Source: an uncultured Chloroflexia bacterium
Lineage (GTDB): Bacteria > Chloroflexota > Dehalococcoidia > Dehalococcoidales > RBG-16-60-22
Length of the DNA: 64,000 nt
Reading direction: 5' to 3'
Assembly (NCBI GenBank): GCA_963727315.1
Contig: CAVSFE010000002.1
Span: 279,723 to 343,722, forward strand
A program made the position numbers and the translations under genes. The first letter of the stretch is position 1, and every line of letters begins with the position of its first letter. Of the stretch, positions 46,594 through 60,473 are shown one piece after another. The notes beneath the pieces were generated by a model. That model ran no database searches. It saw nothing but the letters and a program-made list of their open reading frames with translations, and had not been told where the DNA came from.

Positions 46594-46872
46594 TTACCAG
46601 AGACGGCCCCAGTCCAGCACCTCGCTGGGCTTGGGCGTGTTGGCGAGGGTCTCCTCGAGGGCTTCGTTGCGCTCCGCGCAGTCTTCAAGCAAAGCGTTGC
46701 TTTCTTTTAAATGTGCCTCAGCAGCCTTGCCGTGGCCGTTTCCTTTGTCGCGGGTAAACCAGATTTTCTGGGAATGGTAGATCTGGTAAATGCTCTTTTG
46801 TGTGTCGTCACCTTCCTCGTCTTTGTCATGCAGGTTCTTGAGATAGGCTTTCCATCTGGCTGATAGGAACAA
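46594..46872 (-). CDS. Hypothetical small protein
   Basis: The 92-aa ORF has a TTG start and charged, non-repetitive composition (KAYLKNLHDKDEEGDDTQKSIYQIYHSQKIWFTRDKGNGHGKAAEAHLKE...). I recognise no family and the RBS is weak. Confidence 0.35.
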   Translation of the reverse strand: MFLSARWKAYLKNLHDKDEEGDDTQKSIYQIYHSQKIWFTRDKGNGHGKAAEAHLKESNALLEDCAERNEALEETLANTPKPSEVLDWGRLW

Positions 46873-46985
46873 TCAGGGTACCCCTTTCGCAAACGCAATA
46901 TTTACTAATGGCATTATCTAACACAGTCGTAACAAAAGTCAAGTCTGAGCGGCTTTTATGAAGAAAGCTGCCAGAATAGAACAAA

Positions 46986-47408
46986 CTATCGTATGCCCGT
47001 ATCGATATTTATGTCAACGGTGACCGTCTCACCGGCGGCGATGGTTATTTTCCGCGGGAGGCCGTCGGCTCTGTCGATGCCGGCGTGGTTGATATCGATG
47101 GTGTAGGTGCCGGGGGCTATCAGGACGGTATAGTAGCCGCTGGCGGTCTGTCCTATCTGGATGATGTTGACTTCCTTCACCAAGTTATTGCCGGACTCAT
47201 CGTAAATCATCACCTTACGGATGGAAAAGGTCTCCGGAGATACCGGCGGGCATTGCCCCGGCTGTTCCACCGGTGTTATCGGCCCGATGGTCACCGCGCC
47301 TGTTATTAAAGCGGTTTCCGGTACACGCGTCTGGCAGGAGACGAGCCAGATGTTGCCGGCCAATATCAATAGGGTTAACGATATTATTATTATCAGTATT
47401 TTCTTCAT
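46986..47408 (-). CDS. Predicted lipoprotein with carboxypeptidase-regulatory-like beta-sandwich domain
   Basis: The signal peptide MKKILIIIISLTLLILAGNIWLVSC ends in a lipobox-like LVSC. The C-terminal segment YYTVLIAPGTYTIDI...ITIAAGETVTVDINI resembles CarboxypepD_reg/PEGA-type domains. Confidence 0.65.
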   Translation of the reverse strand: MKKILIIIISLTLLILAGNIWLVSCQTRVPETALITGAVTIGPITPVEQPGQCPPVSPETFSIRKVMIYDESGNNLVKEVNIIQIGQTASGYYTVLIAPGTYTIDINHAGIDRADGLPRKITIAAGETVTVDINIDTGIR

Positions 47409-47477
47409 TCTTTATACATCCTCTATTTTAATGATAACATAAAAGCCCCGGCCATTTCCCACGCTCAATCTGAGCCT

Positions 47478-47565
47478 GAAAATCTATCCCCCTTTATCCC
47501 CCTTCCCGCGGGGAAGGGGGAAGAAAAAGAAAAGAGGGGTTGGCGCTCCTCTTAAGAACTCCCCT
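47478..47565. repeat. GC-rich palindromic repeat family, copy R5
   Basis: GAAAATCTATCCCCCTTTATCCCCCTTCCC-GCG-GGGAAGGGGG (hairpin 47498..47520) is followed by AAGAGGGGTTGGCGCTCCTCTTAAGAAC. It is almost colinear with the reverse complement of R1. Confidence 0.8.
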
Positions 47566-47569
47566 TATA

Positions 47570-47597
47570 ACAAAAAGAGGCGCTGTTACGCGCCTCT
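47570..47597 (-). terminator. Rho-independent terminator downstream of the 23S rRNA gene
   Basis: The minus strand reads AGAGGCGC-GTAACA-GCGCCTCT (47576..47597) followed by TTTTGTT. It starts ~35 nt after the 23S 3' end. Confidence 0.65.
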
Positions 47598-47630
47598 TCT
47601 CATTTATCTAACTATCTAATACCAATCCTG

Positions 47631-50624
<2,994 letters not shown>

Positions 50625-50696
50625 TGCTTCAGGTTTGATATTAGATGTATTTTGATTGCAGATGTATTTTACTTTAGACCCATCAACTCTATTCGG

Positions 50697-50708
50697 TTGT
50701 TAAAGTGC
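50697..50708 (-). promoter_or_regulatory. boxA-like antitermination element in the 23S leader
   Basis: The minus strand reads GCACTTTAACAA, against the E. coli rrn boxA TGCTCTTTAACAA recalled from memory. It lies ~70 nt upstream of the mature 23S 5' end and just downstream of a hairpin. Confidence 0.5.
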
Positions 50709-50723
50709 GGAAGGCAAAAGAAA

Positions 50724-50750
50724 AGGTCTGGCGGTTTGGCCGCCAGACCT
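50724..50750 (-). promoter_or_regulatory. boxB-like leader hairpin upstream of boxA
   Basis: AGGTCTGGCGG-5 nt loop-CCGCCAGACCT is an 11-bp stem, followed on the minus strand by TTTCTTTTG. The hairpin-then-boxA order matches rrn leaders. Read alone it would look like a terminator. Confidence 0.4.
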
Positions 50751-50815
50751 CATCGGCTGGCAATCTACCACCAGATTTCTATCTTATGTTTTCGCCTTCA
50801 TCATATGCAAGTATA

Positions 50816-50844
50816 AGGATAGCACAGGGTAAAAAGTTTGTCAA
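50816..50844 (-). promoter_or_regulatory. Candidate promoter for the 23S rRNA gene (TTGACA-N17-TATCCT on the minus strand)
   Basis: The reverse complement of 50839..50844 is TTGACA. After a 17-nt spacer, the reverse complement of 50816..50821 is TATCCT. The site is ~190 nt upstream of the mature 23S 5' end. Confidence 0.4.
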
Positions 50845-51007
50845 CAAATTTTTCGTACTGGTTATAACATTTTCCTGACATATTTTATACTATCCTCACC
50901 AACGGACCTTACCGACGGACACCAGCCTCTCAATATCTTTATTCCCCCGGACAAAATCCCCTTCTTTATCTCCCTCAACTACCTTATAATATATTTAGGG
51001 TTATTCC

Positions 51008-51254
51008 GCGAAACATGGTTGAGCCTCGTCGCGCACTGTTCACCCTTTCATTCCTTGCGGAGTCGCGGCGACCCATGCTTCGCAAAAAAATAGCCAGCTT
51101 ACCATAAATCGAAAAACGAATACCGATTTCTGAAGCTAACTTAACATATAACGAAAAACGAATATTCACGAACAAATCGTACGTAAAAAATAAAAAAATA
51201 TTTTAAAAACGAATAACGAATCCTCTATGACACGCCACACAGATATGCTATAAT
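51008..51254 (+). repeat. Promoter-proximal module, copy A (inverted partner at 57542..57792)
   Basis: The order is a 76-nt GC-rich stem-loop (51008..51083), then an AT-rich region with CGAAAAACGAATA at 51110 and 51152 and CGAATAACGAATC at 51210, an A/T tract, and the argS promoter. Manual alignment with the reverse complement of 57542..57792 matches at most positions. Confidence 0.8.
51227..51254 (+). promoter_or_regulatory. Sigma-70-type promoter with extended -10 (ATGACA-N16-TGcTATAAT) for argS
   Basis: ATGACA at 51227..51232, TG at 51246..51247 and TATAAT at 51249..51254, 40 nt upstream of the argS ATG. Confidence 0.55.
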
Positions 51255-51264
51255 TTCTTCGTAA

Positions 51265-53957
<2,693 letters not shown>

Positions 53958-53980
53958 CTTTTAGTTCTTCTTTTCCCCAA

Positions 53981-55228
53981 ATGAGCCATTCCATGCAGAA
54001 AGAATCGCCCCCTGCCGGGAATGCAGTCGATCGTCCTACCCCGACCTACGGCTGGGTCATCCTGGCAGCCTGCGCCCTGATGATTTTCGTCACCTACGGG
54101 CTAATCTACAGCTACAGCGTCTTTTTCAAACCCCTGGCAACGTCATTCCACTGGGACAGGGCGACCGTGTCCATGATTTACTCGGCGTCAATGATTATCC
54201 GCGGCGTGGCGGCAATAGGCGTAGGCTGGCTGGCCGATAGGTACGGCGGGAGGAAGATGATGGTCTTCTGCGGACTCATGATGGCGGCCGGCTACCTGCT
54301 GTCAAGTCGGGCAGGCTCTCTGTGGCAGTTCTTCCTCACCTATGCCGTTATCGAGGCCATCGGCATGAGCGGCATTTTCGGCATCGGAACGGCGCTGGTA
54401 ACCAGATGGTTCACCAAAAACCTCGGGTTCGCCCTCGGCATCGTGGCTTCGGGGTCGGGACTGGGCACCTTCCTGATAGTGCCTGCCGCCGAACGACTCG
54501 TCAGCCAGGTGAAATTATCTTCGGCGTTTTTCGCTATCGGCATCGCCGCGGGGTCGTTAATGCTTATCGGGGCCCTATTGCTGCGCCCGCCCAGAGAGCA
54601 CGAGGTGGCACCGGCGAGAGATGCGGCGAAGCGAGCGGGGGCATCGCTCGGGCAGGCCCTGAGGGACACCCGCCTGTACCTGACGATGGCGGCGTTTCTG
54701 CTTTTCTTTTTCGGCACGCAAATCATTATGGTGCACCTTGTCAATTACGCCACCGATGCGGGCATCGACCCCCTCGTGGCCGCCACGTTCGTTGGAATTA
54801 TCGGGGTTGCCAGCATCGCCAGCCGCCTCTCCACGGGGGTCATCGCGGAAAAGGTCGGCCTGTACCGGAGCCTCGTAGCGATGTGCCTTTTCCTGGCGCT
54901 GGCGTTCGTCCTGCTGCTTTTCACACGGTCAACCTGGTCTTTCTACCTTTTTGCGGTGCTCTTCAGCATTCCTTACGGCGGCGAAGTGACCCAGATGCCG
55001 CTGGTCATCGGCAGATACTTCGGCACACAGTCAATGGCGACGCTCATGGGCATGACCGTTTTCGCGGCGGGACTGGGCGGGGCGCTGGGGCCATGGCTGG
55101 CGGGAAAAATCTTCGACCTTACTTCTAACTATAACGGGGCGTTCATCATGGGGGCGGCCATCGCGGCGGCTTCCATGGCGGTAATACTATTGCTGCGACG
55201 GCAGGATGCCCGCACTACGCAAGGATAA
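53981..55228 (+). CDS. MFS transporter (oxalate/formate antiporter-like)
   Basis: 415-aa ORF with 12 predicted helices and the motif-A-like GWLADRYGGRKMM. Confidence 0.85.
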   Translation: MSHSMQKESPPAGNAVDRPTPTYGWVILAACALMIFVTYGLIYSYSVFFKPLATSFHWDRATVSMIYSASMIIRGVAAIGVGWLADRYGGRKMMVFCGLMMAAGYLLSSRAGSLWQFFLTYAVIEAIGMSGIFGIGTALVTRWFTKNLGFALGIVASGSGLGTFLIVPAAERLVSQVKLSSAFFAIGIAAGSLMLIGALLLRPPREHEVAPARDAAKRAGASLGQALRDTRLYLTMAAFLLFFFGTQIIMVHLVNYATDAGIDPLVAATFVGIIGVASIASRLSTGVIAEKVGLYRSLVAMCLFLALAFVLLLFTRSTWSFYLFAVLFSIPYGGEVTQMPLVIGRYFGTQSMATLMGMTVFAAGLGGALGPWLAGKIFDLTSNYNGAFIMGAAIAAASMAVILLLRRQDARTTQG

Positions 55229-55315
55229 AGAACCCCACCATGTGACATTTCTTACATACATCGCCTGCCGGAAGATTTAAATTTAAAACATTAAAAAGCT
55301 TGACAGGAGGCGGAA

Positions 55316-55816
55316 ATGCCAGAAAAAAGCACATCCAAGCGCAGACTGTCACTGACGCCATCGGTCGAGGAAGGCCCTTACTATACACCAGGCTCGCCGG
55401 AGCGAACGGCCATCGCCGGGAAAGGTACTTACGGGACTAAACTAGTGGTGGAGGGGCGGGTGCTGGACAGGAACGGCAATCCGATAGCCCATGCCTGGCT
55501 GGACTTCTGGCAGGCCGACGGCCGCGGCCGGTACGATAACGAGGGCTTCAACCTGCGGGGCCACCAGTACACCGATAAAAACGGCCGTTATCACCTGGAG
55601 ACAGTTAGACCCCTGGATTATATGATGCGCGCCCCGCACATTCACGTTAAGGTGCGGGCCAAGGAAAATGCGCCGGTGCTGACGGTCCAGTTATTTTTCC
55701 CGGGCGAAAAGAAAAACGCCACCGACTCCCTCTTTGAAAAAAGCACGGTGATGGAAGTTAAAGATACGCCGGATGGGCAGAAGGCAACATTCGATTTCGT
55801 GGTGGAGACGGCGTGA
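55316..55816 (+). CDS. Intradiol ring-cleavage dioxygenase-like protein (Dioxygenase_C domain)
   Basis: 166-aa ORF with EGPYYTPGSP, VLDRNGNPIAHAWLDFWQADGRGRYD and RAPHIHVKV, typical of the protocatechuate/catechol dioxygenase C-terminal fold. Confidence 0.8.
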   Translation: MPEKSTSKRRLSLTPSVEEGPYYTPGSPERTAIAGKGTYGTKLVVEGRVLDRNGNPIAHAWLDFWQADGRGRYDNEGFNLRGHQYTDKNGRYHLETVRPLDYMMRAPHIHVKVRAKENAPVLTVQLFFPGEKKNATDSLFEKSTVMEVKDTPDGQKATFDFVVETA

Positions 55817-55820
55817 AACT

Positions 55821-56999
55821 CTACTTCTGGTACTTCTTCACGAAGCGACCCATGCGCGTTAGCGCTTCCTCGATTTCGGCCAGGGACGTGGCGTAGCAAC
55901 AGCGCACGTAGCCCTCCCCGCACTGCCCGAAAGCCGAACCCGGCACTACCGCCACCTTTTCCTCCATGAGCAGTTTCTCAGAGAACTCCTCCGAGCTCAT
56001 ACCCGTGCCGGTTATCTGCGGGAAGGCGTAAAAAGCCCCCTTCGGCTCAAAGCAGGGCAGGCCGATATCGTTCAGGCCTTTGACGATGACCAGACGGCGC
56101 CGATTATAGTCCTCGACCATTTCCACGACGTCCGGCTCGCCGGTCTTTAACGCCTCGATGGCCGCCACCTGGGCGGGGGTGGGGGCGCTCATGATGGTGT
56201 ACTGGTGAATCTTGGTCATGGCGGCGATAATCTCCCGCGGCGCCACCGCGTAGCCGATGCGCCAGCCAGTCATGGCATAGGCCTTGGAAAAGCCCCCCAG
56301 CAGAATGGTATTTTCCCTGACCCCGGGCAGGCTGGCGAAACAGGTGTGCTCCGCCCCATAGGTCAGCCGGGCGTAAATTTCGTCAGATATCACCGTGAGG
56401 TGATGGCGTTTGGCCACGGCCGCGATATCCAGGAGCTTTTGCCGGGGCATCACCGCCCCGGTGGGGTTGGCAGGATAACCGATGAGTACCGCCTTGGTCT
56501 TAGAGGTAATCCTAGCTTCGATGTCCTTTGCCTCGACCTCGAAGTCTTTTTTCTGGTAAGTCGGCACCATGACCGGCTCGCCATGGGCAAGGACAACACA
56601 GGAATCGTAAGCCACGTAATGGGGGTCGGTCATAATGACCTCGTCGCCGGGATTAACAATCGCCCGCATCGCCAGGTCGAGCGCCTCGCTGACGCCCACG
56701 GTCATCAGAATTTCTCCGTAGGGGTCGTATTCGATACCATATTTTTCTTTAAGGTACTTAGCGGTCAGCTCGCGCAATTCGGGGATGCCGGAGTTGGAGG
56801 TGTACATGGTATAACCGCGCTCCAGGCTCTTCACCGCCGCCTCGCTGATATGCCAGGGCGTGGCGTAGTCCGGCTCGCCGACCCCGAGCGAGATGACGCC
56901 TTCCATATTCTCCAGGAGGTCGAAGAACTTACGTATCCCGGACGGGGAAAGTCGATTGGCCCGCTCCGAGATGATTTTCTTATTTTTCGATACTGTCAT
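55821..56999 (-). CDS. Pyridoxal-phosphate-dependent aminotransferase, class I/II (aspartate/alanine aminotransferase-like)
   Basis: 392-aa ORF with GYPANPTG and GGFSKAYAMTGWRIGY (the PLP-lysine SxSK motif). Confidence 0.9.
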   Translation of the reverse strand: MTVSKNKKIISERANRLSPSGIRKFFDLLENMEGVISLGVGEPDYATPWHISEAAVKSLERGYTMYTSNSGIPELRELTAKYLKEKYGIEYDPYGEILMTVGVSEALDLAMRAIVNPGDEVIMTDPHYVAYDSCVVLAHGEPVMVPTYQKKDFEVEAKDIEARITSKTKAVLIGYPANPTGAVMPRQKLLDIAAVAKRHHLTVISDEIYARLTYGAEHTCFASLPGVRENTILLGGFSKAYAMTGWRIGYAVAPREIIAAMTKIHQYTIMSAPTPAQVAAIEALKTGEPDVVEMVEDYNRRRLVIVKGLNDIGLPCFEPKGAFYAFPQITGTGMSSEEFSEKLLMEEKVAVVPGSAFGQCGEGYVRCCYATSLAEIEEALTRMGRFVKKYQK

Positions 57000-57010
57000 A
57001 TCGCACCTGT

Positions 57011-57496
57011 TTATAGAATTACCGGCTGCCGCTTGACCCCTTCCCCACCCTCTAAAATCTCCCCATCATCCTTATAGCGCTTCAGGACAAAATGCGTCAC
57101 CGTCCCCTGCACGCCCTCGAGGTGGGCCAGGTTCTGCGAGACAAAGTCCGCCACTTTGCGCTCCGTCTTGCCGACGACCACCAGGAGCAGGTCGTAGGTG
57201 CCGGAGGCGAGAAAGAGGGAACGCACCTGTTCATATTGCGCGATGCGCCCAGCGATGGAGTCGAAGCCGACCTCCGGCTCCGGCTTGACCTTGACCTCGA
57301 TAAGTGCCCAGACCGGCTCGTCGTTCTCGACCCGGTCCCAGTTGACCACCGTCTTGTACTTCAGGATAATCCGGTCTTTCTCCGCCTGCCCGATGGCACT
57401 GGCGACCTCGGCGGTGGACAGGCCGGTCATGGTGGCTATCTGCCGGCCGGTGGTGCGGGCATCGTTTTCCAGAATCTTTAAAATGTCCTTCAGCAT
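57011..57496 (-). CDS. Lrp/AsnC family transcriptional regulator
   Basis: 161-aa ORF. It has an N-terminal wHTH (ILKILENDARTTGRQIATMTGLSTAEV) and a C-terminal RAM/AsnC_trans_reg domain. It is the first gene of the operon with the aminotransferase. Confidence 0.9.
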   Translation of the reverse strand: MLKDILKILENDARTTGRQIATMTGLSTAEVASAIGQAEKDRIILKYKTVVNWDRVENDEPVWALIEVKVKPEPEVGFDSIAGRIAQYEQVRSLFLASGTYDLLLVVVGKTERKVADFVSQNLAHLEGVQGTVTHFVLKRYKDDGEILEGGEGVKRQPVIL

Positions 57497-57541
57497 ACAC
57501 TCGCCTCCTCACCTTTTCCCCGGAGAAAAACAGATATCAAC

Positions 57542-57570
57542 AGGATAACATTTACAAGGGGTGAATTCAA
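57542..57570 (-). promoter_or_regulatory. Sigma-70-type promoter with extended -10 (TTGAAT-N17-TGtTATCCT on the minus strand) for the lrp-aminotransferase operon
   Basis: The reverse complement of 57565..57570 is TTGAAT. The 17-nt spacer ends in TGT, and the reverse complement of 57542..57547 is TATCCT. The site is 45 nt upstream of the ATG at 57496. The -35 sits at the same relative position in the module as in copy A. Confidence 0.5.
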
Positions 57571-57792
57571 GCCGATTCTTTATTCGTTTTTTAAATTTTT
57601 TTTTATTTTTTCCGAAGCTAATTAGCTTCAATTATTCGTTTTTCGTTTTATGTTAAACTAGCTTCAAAATCAAGTATTCGTTTTTCGATTTATGTTAAGC
57701 TAGCTATTTATTTGGCGAAACATGGGTCGCTTTGTGCTCCGCAAGGAATAAAAGGGTGAACGATGCTCGCACAAGGCTCAACCATGCTTCGC
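57542..57792 (-). repeat. Promoter-proximal module, copy B (inverted partner of 51008..51254)
   Basis: On the minus strand the order is a 78-nt stem-loop (57715..57792), CGAAAAACGAATA at 57675..57687 and 57633..57645 (42 bp apart), the palindrome GAAGCTAATTAGCTTC (57613..57628), an A/T tract, CGAATAAAGAATC (57574..57586), and the promoter. Confidence 0.8.
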
Positions 57793-57877
57793 TCATGGAC
57801 TCCTTTACAGTATAAAGAAGTGGGCAAAGAAAAGGAAGAGAATGATGACGCATTTAGTTAAGGCGGCCCAATGATAG

Positions 57878-58058
57878 CCTCACCCCCTGACCCCCTCTCC
57901 GACATGTTTATCGTGGAGATGGCTACATGAATTGGTCGGAGAGGGGGAATTAAGTTGAGTGGGGGCTTCGCCCCCTCTCATATTCTTTCCCCCTTTTGAA
58001 CAAATAGAGATTGGCATTAAATGATGTTCCTGTTCGAGAGGGGGATACAGGGGGTGAG
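57878..58058. repeat. GC-rich palindromic repeat family, copy R6 (largest, compound palindrome)
   Basis: CCTCACCCCCTGACCCCCTCTCCGAC...GTCGGAGAGGGGG (arms 57891..57903 and 57935..57947). Hairpin GAGTGGGGGC-TTC-GCCCCCTCTC lies at 57957..57979. The outer arms CTCACCCCCTGACCCCCTCT and AGAGGGGGATACAGGGGGTGAG pair across the whole element. Confidence 0.8.
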
Positions 58059-58105
58059 TCCAGAAAATCAGACACAAGTGAGATTAAAAGGAAGTAAAAA
58101 ATACC

Positions 58106-58567
58106 TTAATTGGAAATATGAATTATACAATTGCCAATTGTGGCGAAGATACCTGCTAATACACCAGTGACAATTGCTAGAAAAAGCCAACTTCTATTTG
58201 TGGTATTAAAAGAATATGCTGTTTGATATTCCGATGTTGTTGAATTATTTAATATTTCTGCAACTACTAAAAAAGTGTCTCCTGTATAAATTAGGGGCAT
58301 CGGTACTAATTTAATTTCTCTTTTTCCTTTATTTATAGTTGGTGATATTGAGATCTGATGCACCGGGTCTTTTTCACCATTAGAATATTGGATAGAATAA
58401 AGGAATTTGGTATCATGATTAATATCTACCTGTGCTTCAATCGTTAACCAAAATTGCGGATTTTGGCCTTGCCAAAAGGGAAACCAGTTAAAAATACCAC
58501 AACGTAATCGGCTTCTGTGTCCCGTCACCTTCCAGAATTCAACATCTGCCGTTCTTTCACCAACCAT
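58106..58567 (-). CDS. Hypothetical protein with C-terminal transmembrane anchor (orphan, visibly AT-rich)
   Basis: The 153-aa ORF has a strong RBS (GGGAGGAG) 23 nt after the gatA stop. The C-terminal helix is WLFLAIVTGVLAGIFATIGNCII. I recognise no family. Its base composition is clearly more AT-rich than the flanking genes, judged by eye. Confidence 0.6.
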   Translation of the reverse strand: MVGERTADVEFWKVTGHRSRLRCGIFNWFPFWQGQNPQFWLTIEAQVDINHDTKFLYSIQYSNGEKDPVHQISISPTINKGKREIKLVPMPLIYTGDTFLVVAEILNNSTTSEYQTAYSFNTTNRSWLFLAIVTGVLAGIFATIGNCIIHISN

Positions 58568-58590
58568 ATTCTCCTCCCTTAAACCCCTTA

Positions 58591-60042
58591 TCAGATATTT
58601 GGTTTTTGTTTATGCCAGTCGGTCGACTGCTCGTAGGCGTAGGCGACGCACAACAAGGTCTCCTCGCTAAAGTGCTTGCCGATAATCTGCATGCCGACGG
58701 GGAGGCCGTCCACAAAGCCGGCCGGGATAGAGATACCCGGGACCCCGGCGATATTGATGGGCAGGGTACAGACATCGCTCAGGTACATCGAGAGCGGGTC
58801 GTCCGTCTTCTCCCCTATTTTAAAGGGAACGGTGGGGGAGGTGGGGGTCACCAAAGCATCGTATTTTTCAAAGACGGCATCGAACTCGCGCCTTATCAGG
58901 GTGCGCACCTTTTGCGCTTTCAAATACCAGGCGTCATAGTAGCCGGCGGAAAGGGCGTAAGTGCCGAGCATGATGCGGCGCTTGACCTCCGGCCCGAAGC
59001 CGTTCCCGCGCGTCTTTTCCAAGCTCTCCCACATGGTCTCGCCCTTATACGAATAGCCGTACTTAACGCCATCGTAGCGCGCCAGGTTGGCGGACGCCTC
59101 GCTGGGGGCGATGATATAATAGACGGCCAGGGAATAAGGGGTGTGGGGCAGAGAAACCTCGTCAAGATGCGCCCCCAGCTCCTCCAGCTTTTTTATCGCC
59201 GCCTTCATGACATCCGCAACGCCCGGCTGCATCCCCTCCACGTAGTATTCCCTGGGGATGCCGAGTCGCATACCCTTTAAGTCTGTTTTCAGCGATTTTG
59301 TATAGTCCGGCACCGGCTCGGGCACGGAAGTCGAATCCCTCTTATCATGTCCCGAGACAGCATTCAATAAAAGGGCGCAGTCGGTCACGTCCTGCGCCAG
59401 CGGCCCTATCTGGTCGAGGGAGCTCGCGAAAGCCACCAGTCCGTACCGGCTCACCCGGCCATAGGTCGGCTTCAAGCCCACCACGCTGCAAAAGCCCGCC
59501 GGCTGGCGGATGCTGCCGCCCGTGTCCGACCCCAGGGCGCCGGCGGCCTCCCCCGCCGCCACCGCCACGGCCGAACCGCCGCTCGAGCCGCCGGGCACGC
59601 GCGACAGGTCCCAGGGATTACGGGTGGGGAAAAACGCCGAGTTCTCCGTCGAAGAGCCCATGGCGAACTCGTCCATGTTAGCCTTGCCCAGCATCACCGC
59701 CCCGGCGGCATGAAGCTTTTCCATGACCGCGGCATCATAAGGCGGCACGAAATTTTCCAGCATCTTCGATGAACAGGTGGTCCGCACACCCCTGGTGCAG
59801 ATAACGTCTTTAATCGCCAGGGGGATACCCGTCAGCGGACCGCCCCCGCCAGCGGCGATAACCGAATCGGCCCGGCGCGCCTGCACCAGCGCTAAATCTT
59901 CCGTGACCGTAACGAAAGCCTTGACCGAGGGCTCGACATTTTTAATGCGATCAAAGTAGTTACGAGTCAACTCAACCGAAGATATTTTCTTTGCCTTGAG
60001 CAGAGAGTGCGCTTCGTGGATGGTCAACGGCATTTTCGTCAT
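58591..60042 (-). CDS. gatA: Asp-tRNA(Asn)/Glu-tRNA(Gln) amidotransferase subunit A
   Basis: 483-aa ORF with the amidase signature [12 protein letters not shown]...[12 protein letters not shown]. Its start overlaps the gatC stop (ATGA). Confidence 0.95.
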   Translation of the reverse strand: MTKMPLTIHEAHSLLKAKKISSVELTRNYFDRIKNVEPSVKAFVTVTEDLALVQARRADSVIAAGGGGPLTGIPLAIKDVICTRGVRTTCSSKMLENFVPPYDAAVMEKLHAAGAVMLGKANMDEFAMGSSTENSAFFPTRNPWDLSRVPGGSSGGSAVAVAAGEAAGALGSDTGGSIRQPAGFCSVVGLKPTYGRVSRYGLVAFASSLDQIGPLAQDVTDCALLLNAVSGHDKRDSTSVPEPVPDYTKSLKTDLKGMRLGIPREYYVEGMQPGVADVMKAAIKKLEELGAHLDEVSLPHTPYSLAVYYIIAPSEASANLARYDGVKYGYSYKGETMWESLEKTRGNGFGPEVKRRIMLGTYALSAGYYDAWYLKAQKVRTLIRREFDAVFEKYDALVTPTSPTVPFKIGEKTDDPLSMYLSDVCTLPINIAGVPGISIPAGFVDGLPVGMQIIGKHFSEETLLCVAYAYEQSTDWHKQKPNI

Positions 60043-60326
60043 TCCAGCACCGCCCGCACTCTAAAGAGGTCGCCTTCACGCCGCGGGGCGTTAGCCAGCA
60101 CGTCCTCCGGCGGCAAAGACGGCTTTACCTCGTCCGCGCGCATGACGCTCTGGAGAGTCACCGACTGCGCGGTAGGCGGCACGCCCTCGGTAGCCACCCG
60201 CTGTAAAATCTCGAAGTGCCCCAGCAGGTCGGACAGCTGCTCGCTCATGCGCGTTATCTCCTCTTCGGACAGGGCGACCCGCGCCAGACGGGCGATATGC
60301 AGCACCTCTTCACGACTAAGTTTCAT
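60039..60326 (-). CDS. gatC: Asp-tRNA(Asn)/Glu-tRNA(Gln) amidotransferase subunit C
   Basis: The 95-aa ORF reads [24 protein letters not shown]...ILQRV, the typical GatC pattern, immediately upstream of gatA. Confidence 0.9.
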   Translation of the reverse strand: MKLSREEVLHIARLARVALSEEEITRMSEQLSDLLGHFEILQRVATEGVPPTAQSVTLQSVMRADEVKPSLPPEDVLANAPRREGDLFRVRAVLE

Positions 60327-60473
60327 AAATCCTCCCCGACGGTTATGCAGCCAATTATAACACCTGTCTTAAAACGCAGGCAACGTTCCGAAGGAAAAAA
60401 GTCGCATTCTTACCATAAAAAGAGATATAATAAACAGGTAAACTATATTCGCAATGAAGGAGGTGAGAAAAAT

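Noticed and set aside
47409-47630. 5S rRNA or tRNA expected downstream of the 23S.
   Set aside because: Read on both strands, the region contains only repeat R5 and a terminator hairpin. I saw no 5S-like helices or conserved 5S blocks. A covariance-model scan would be needed for certainty.
50724-50750. An intrinsic terminator inside the 23S leader that would block rRNA transcription.
   Set aside because: Its position directly upstream of a boxA-like sequence fits the boxB-boxA arrangement of rRNA antitermination leaders better. It is kept as a low-confidence regulatory feature.
51008-51083. tRNA-like element: 76 nt, with terminal 7-11 bp pairing resembling an acceptor stem.
   Set aside because: It has no T-loop (GTTCRANNC) or D-loop signatures, no cloverleaf arms of the right length, and a long internal helix instead.
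50984-51175. 63-aa minus-strand ORF inside promoter-module copy A.
   Set aside because: The homologous copy B has no equivalent ORF. The sequence is AT-rich repeat DNA, and there is no RBS.
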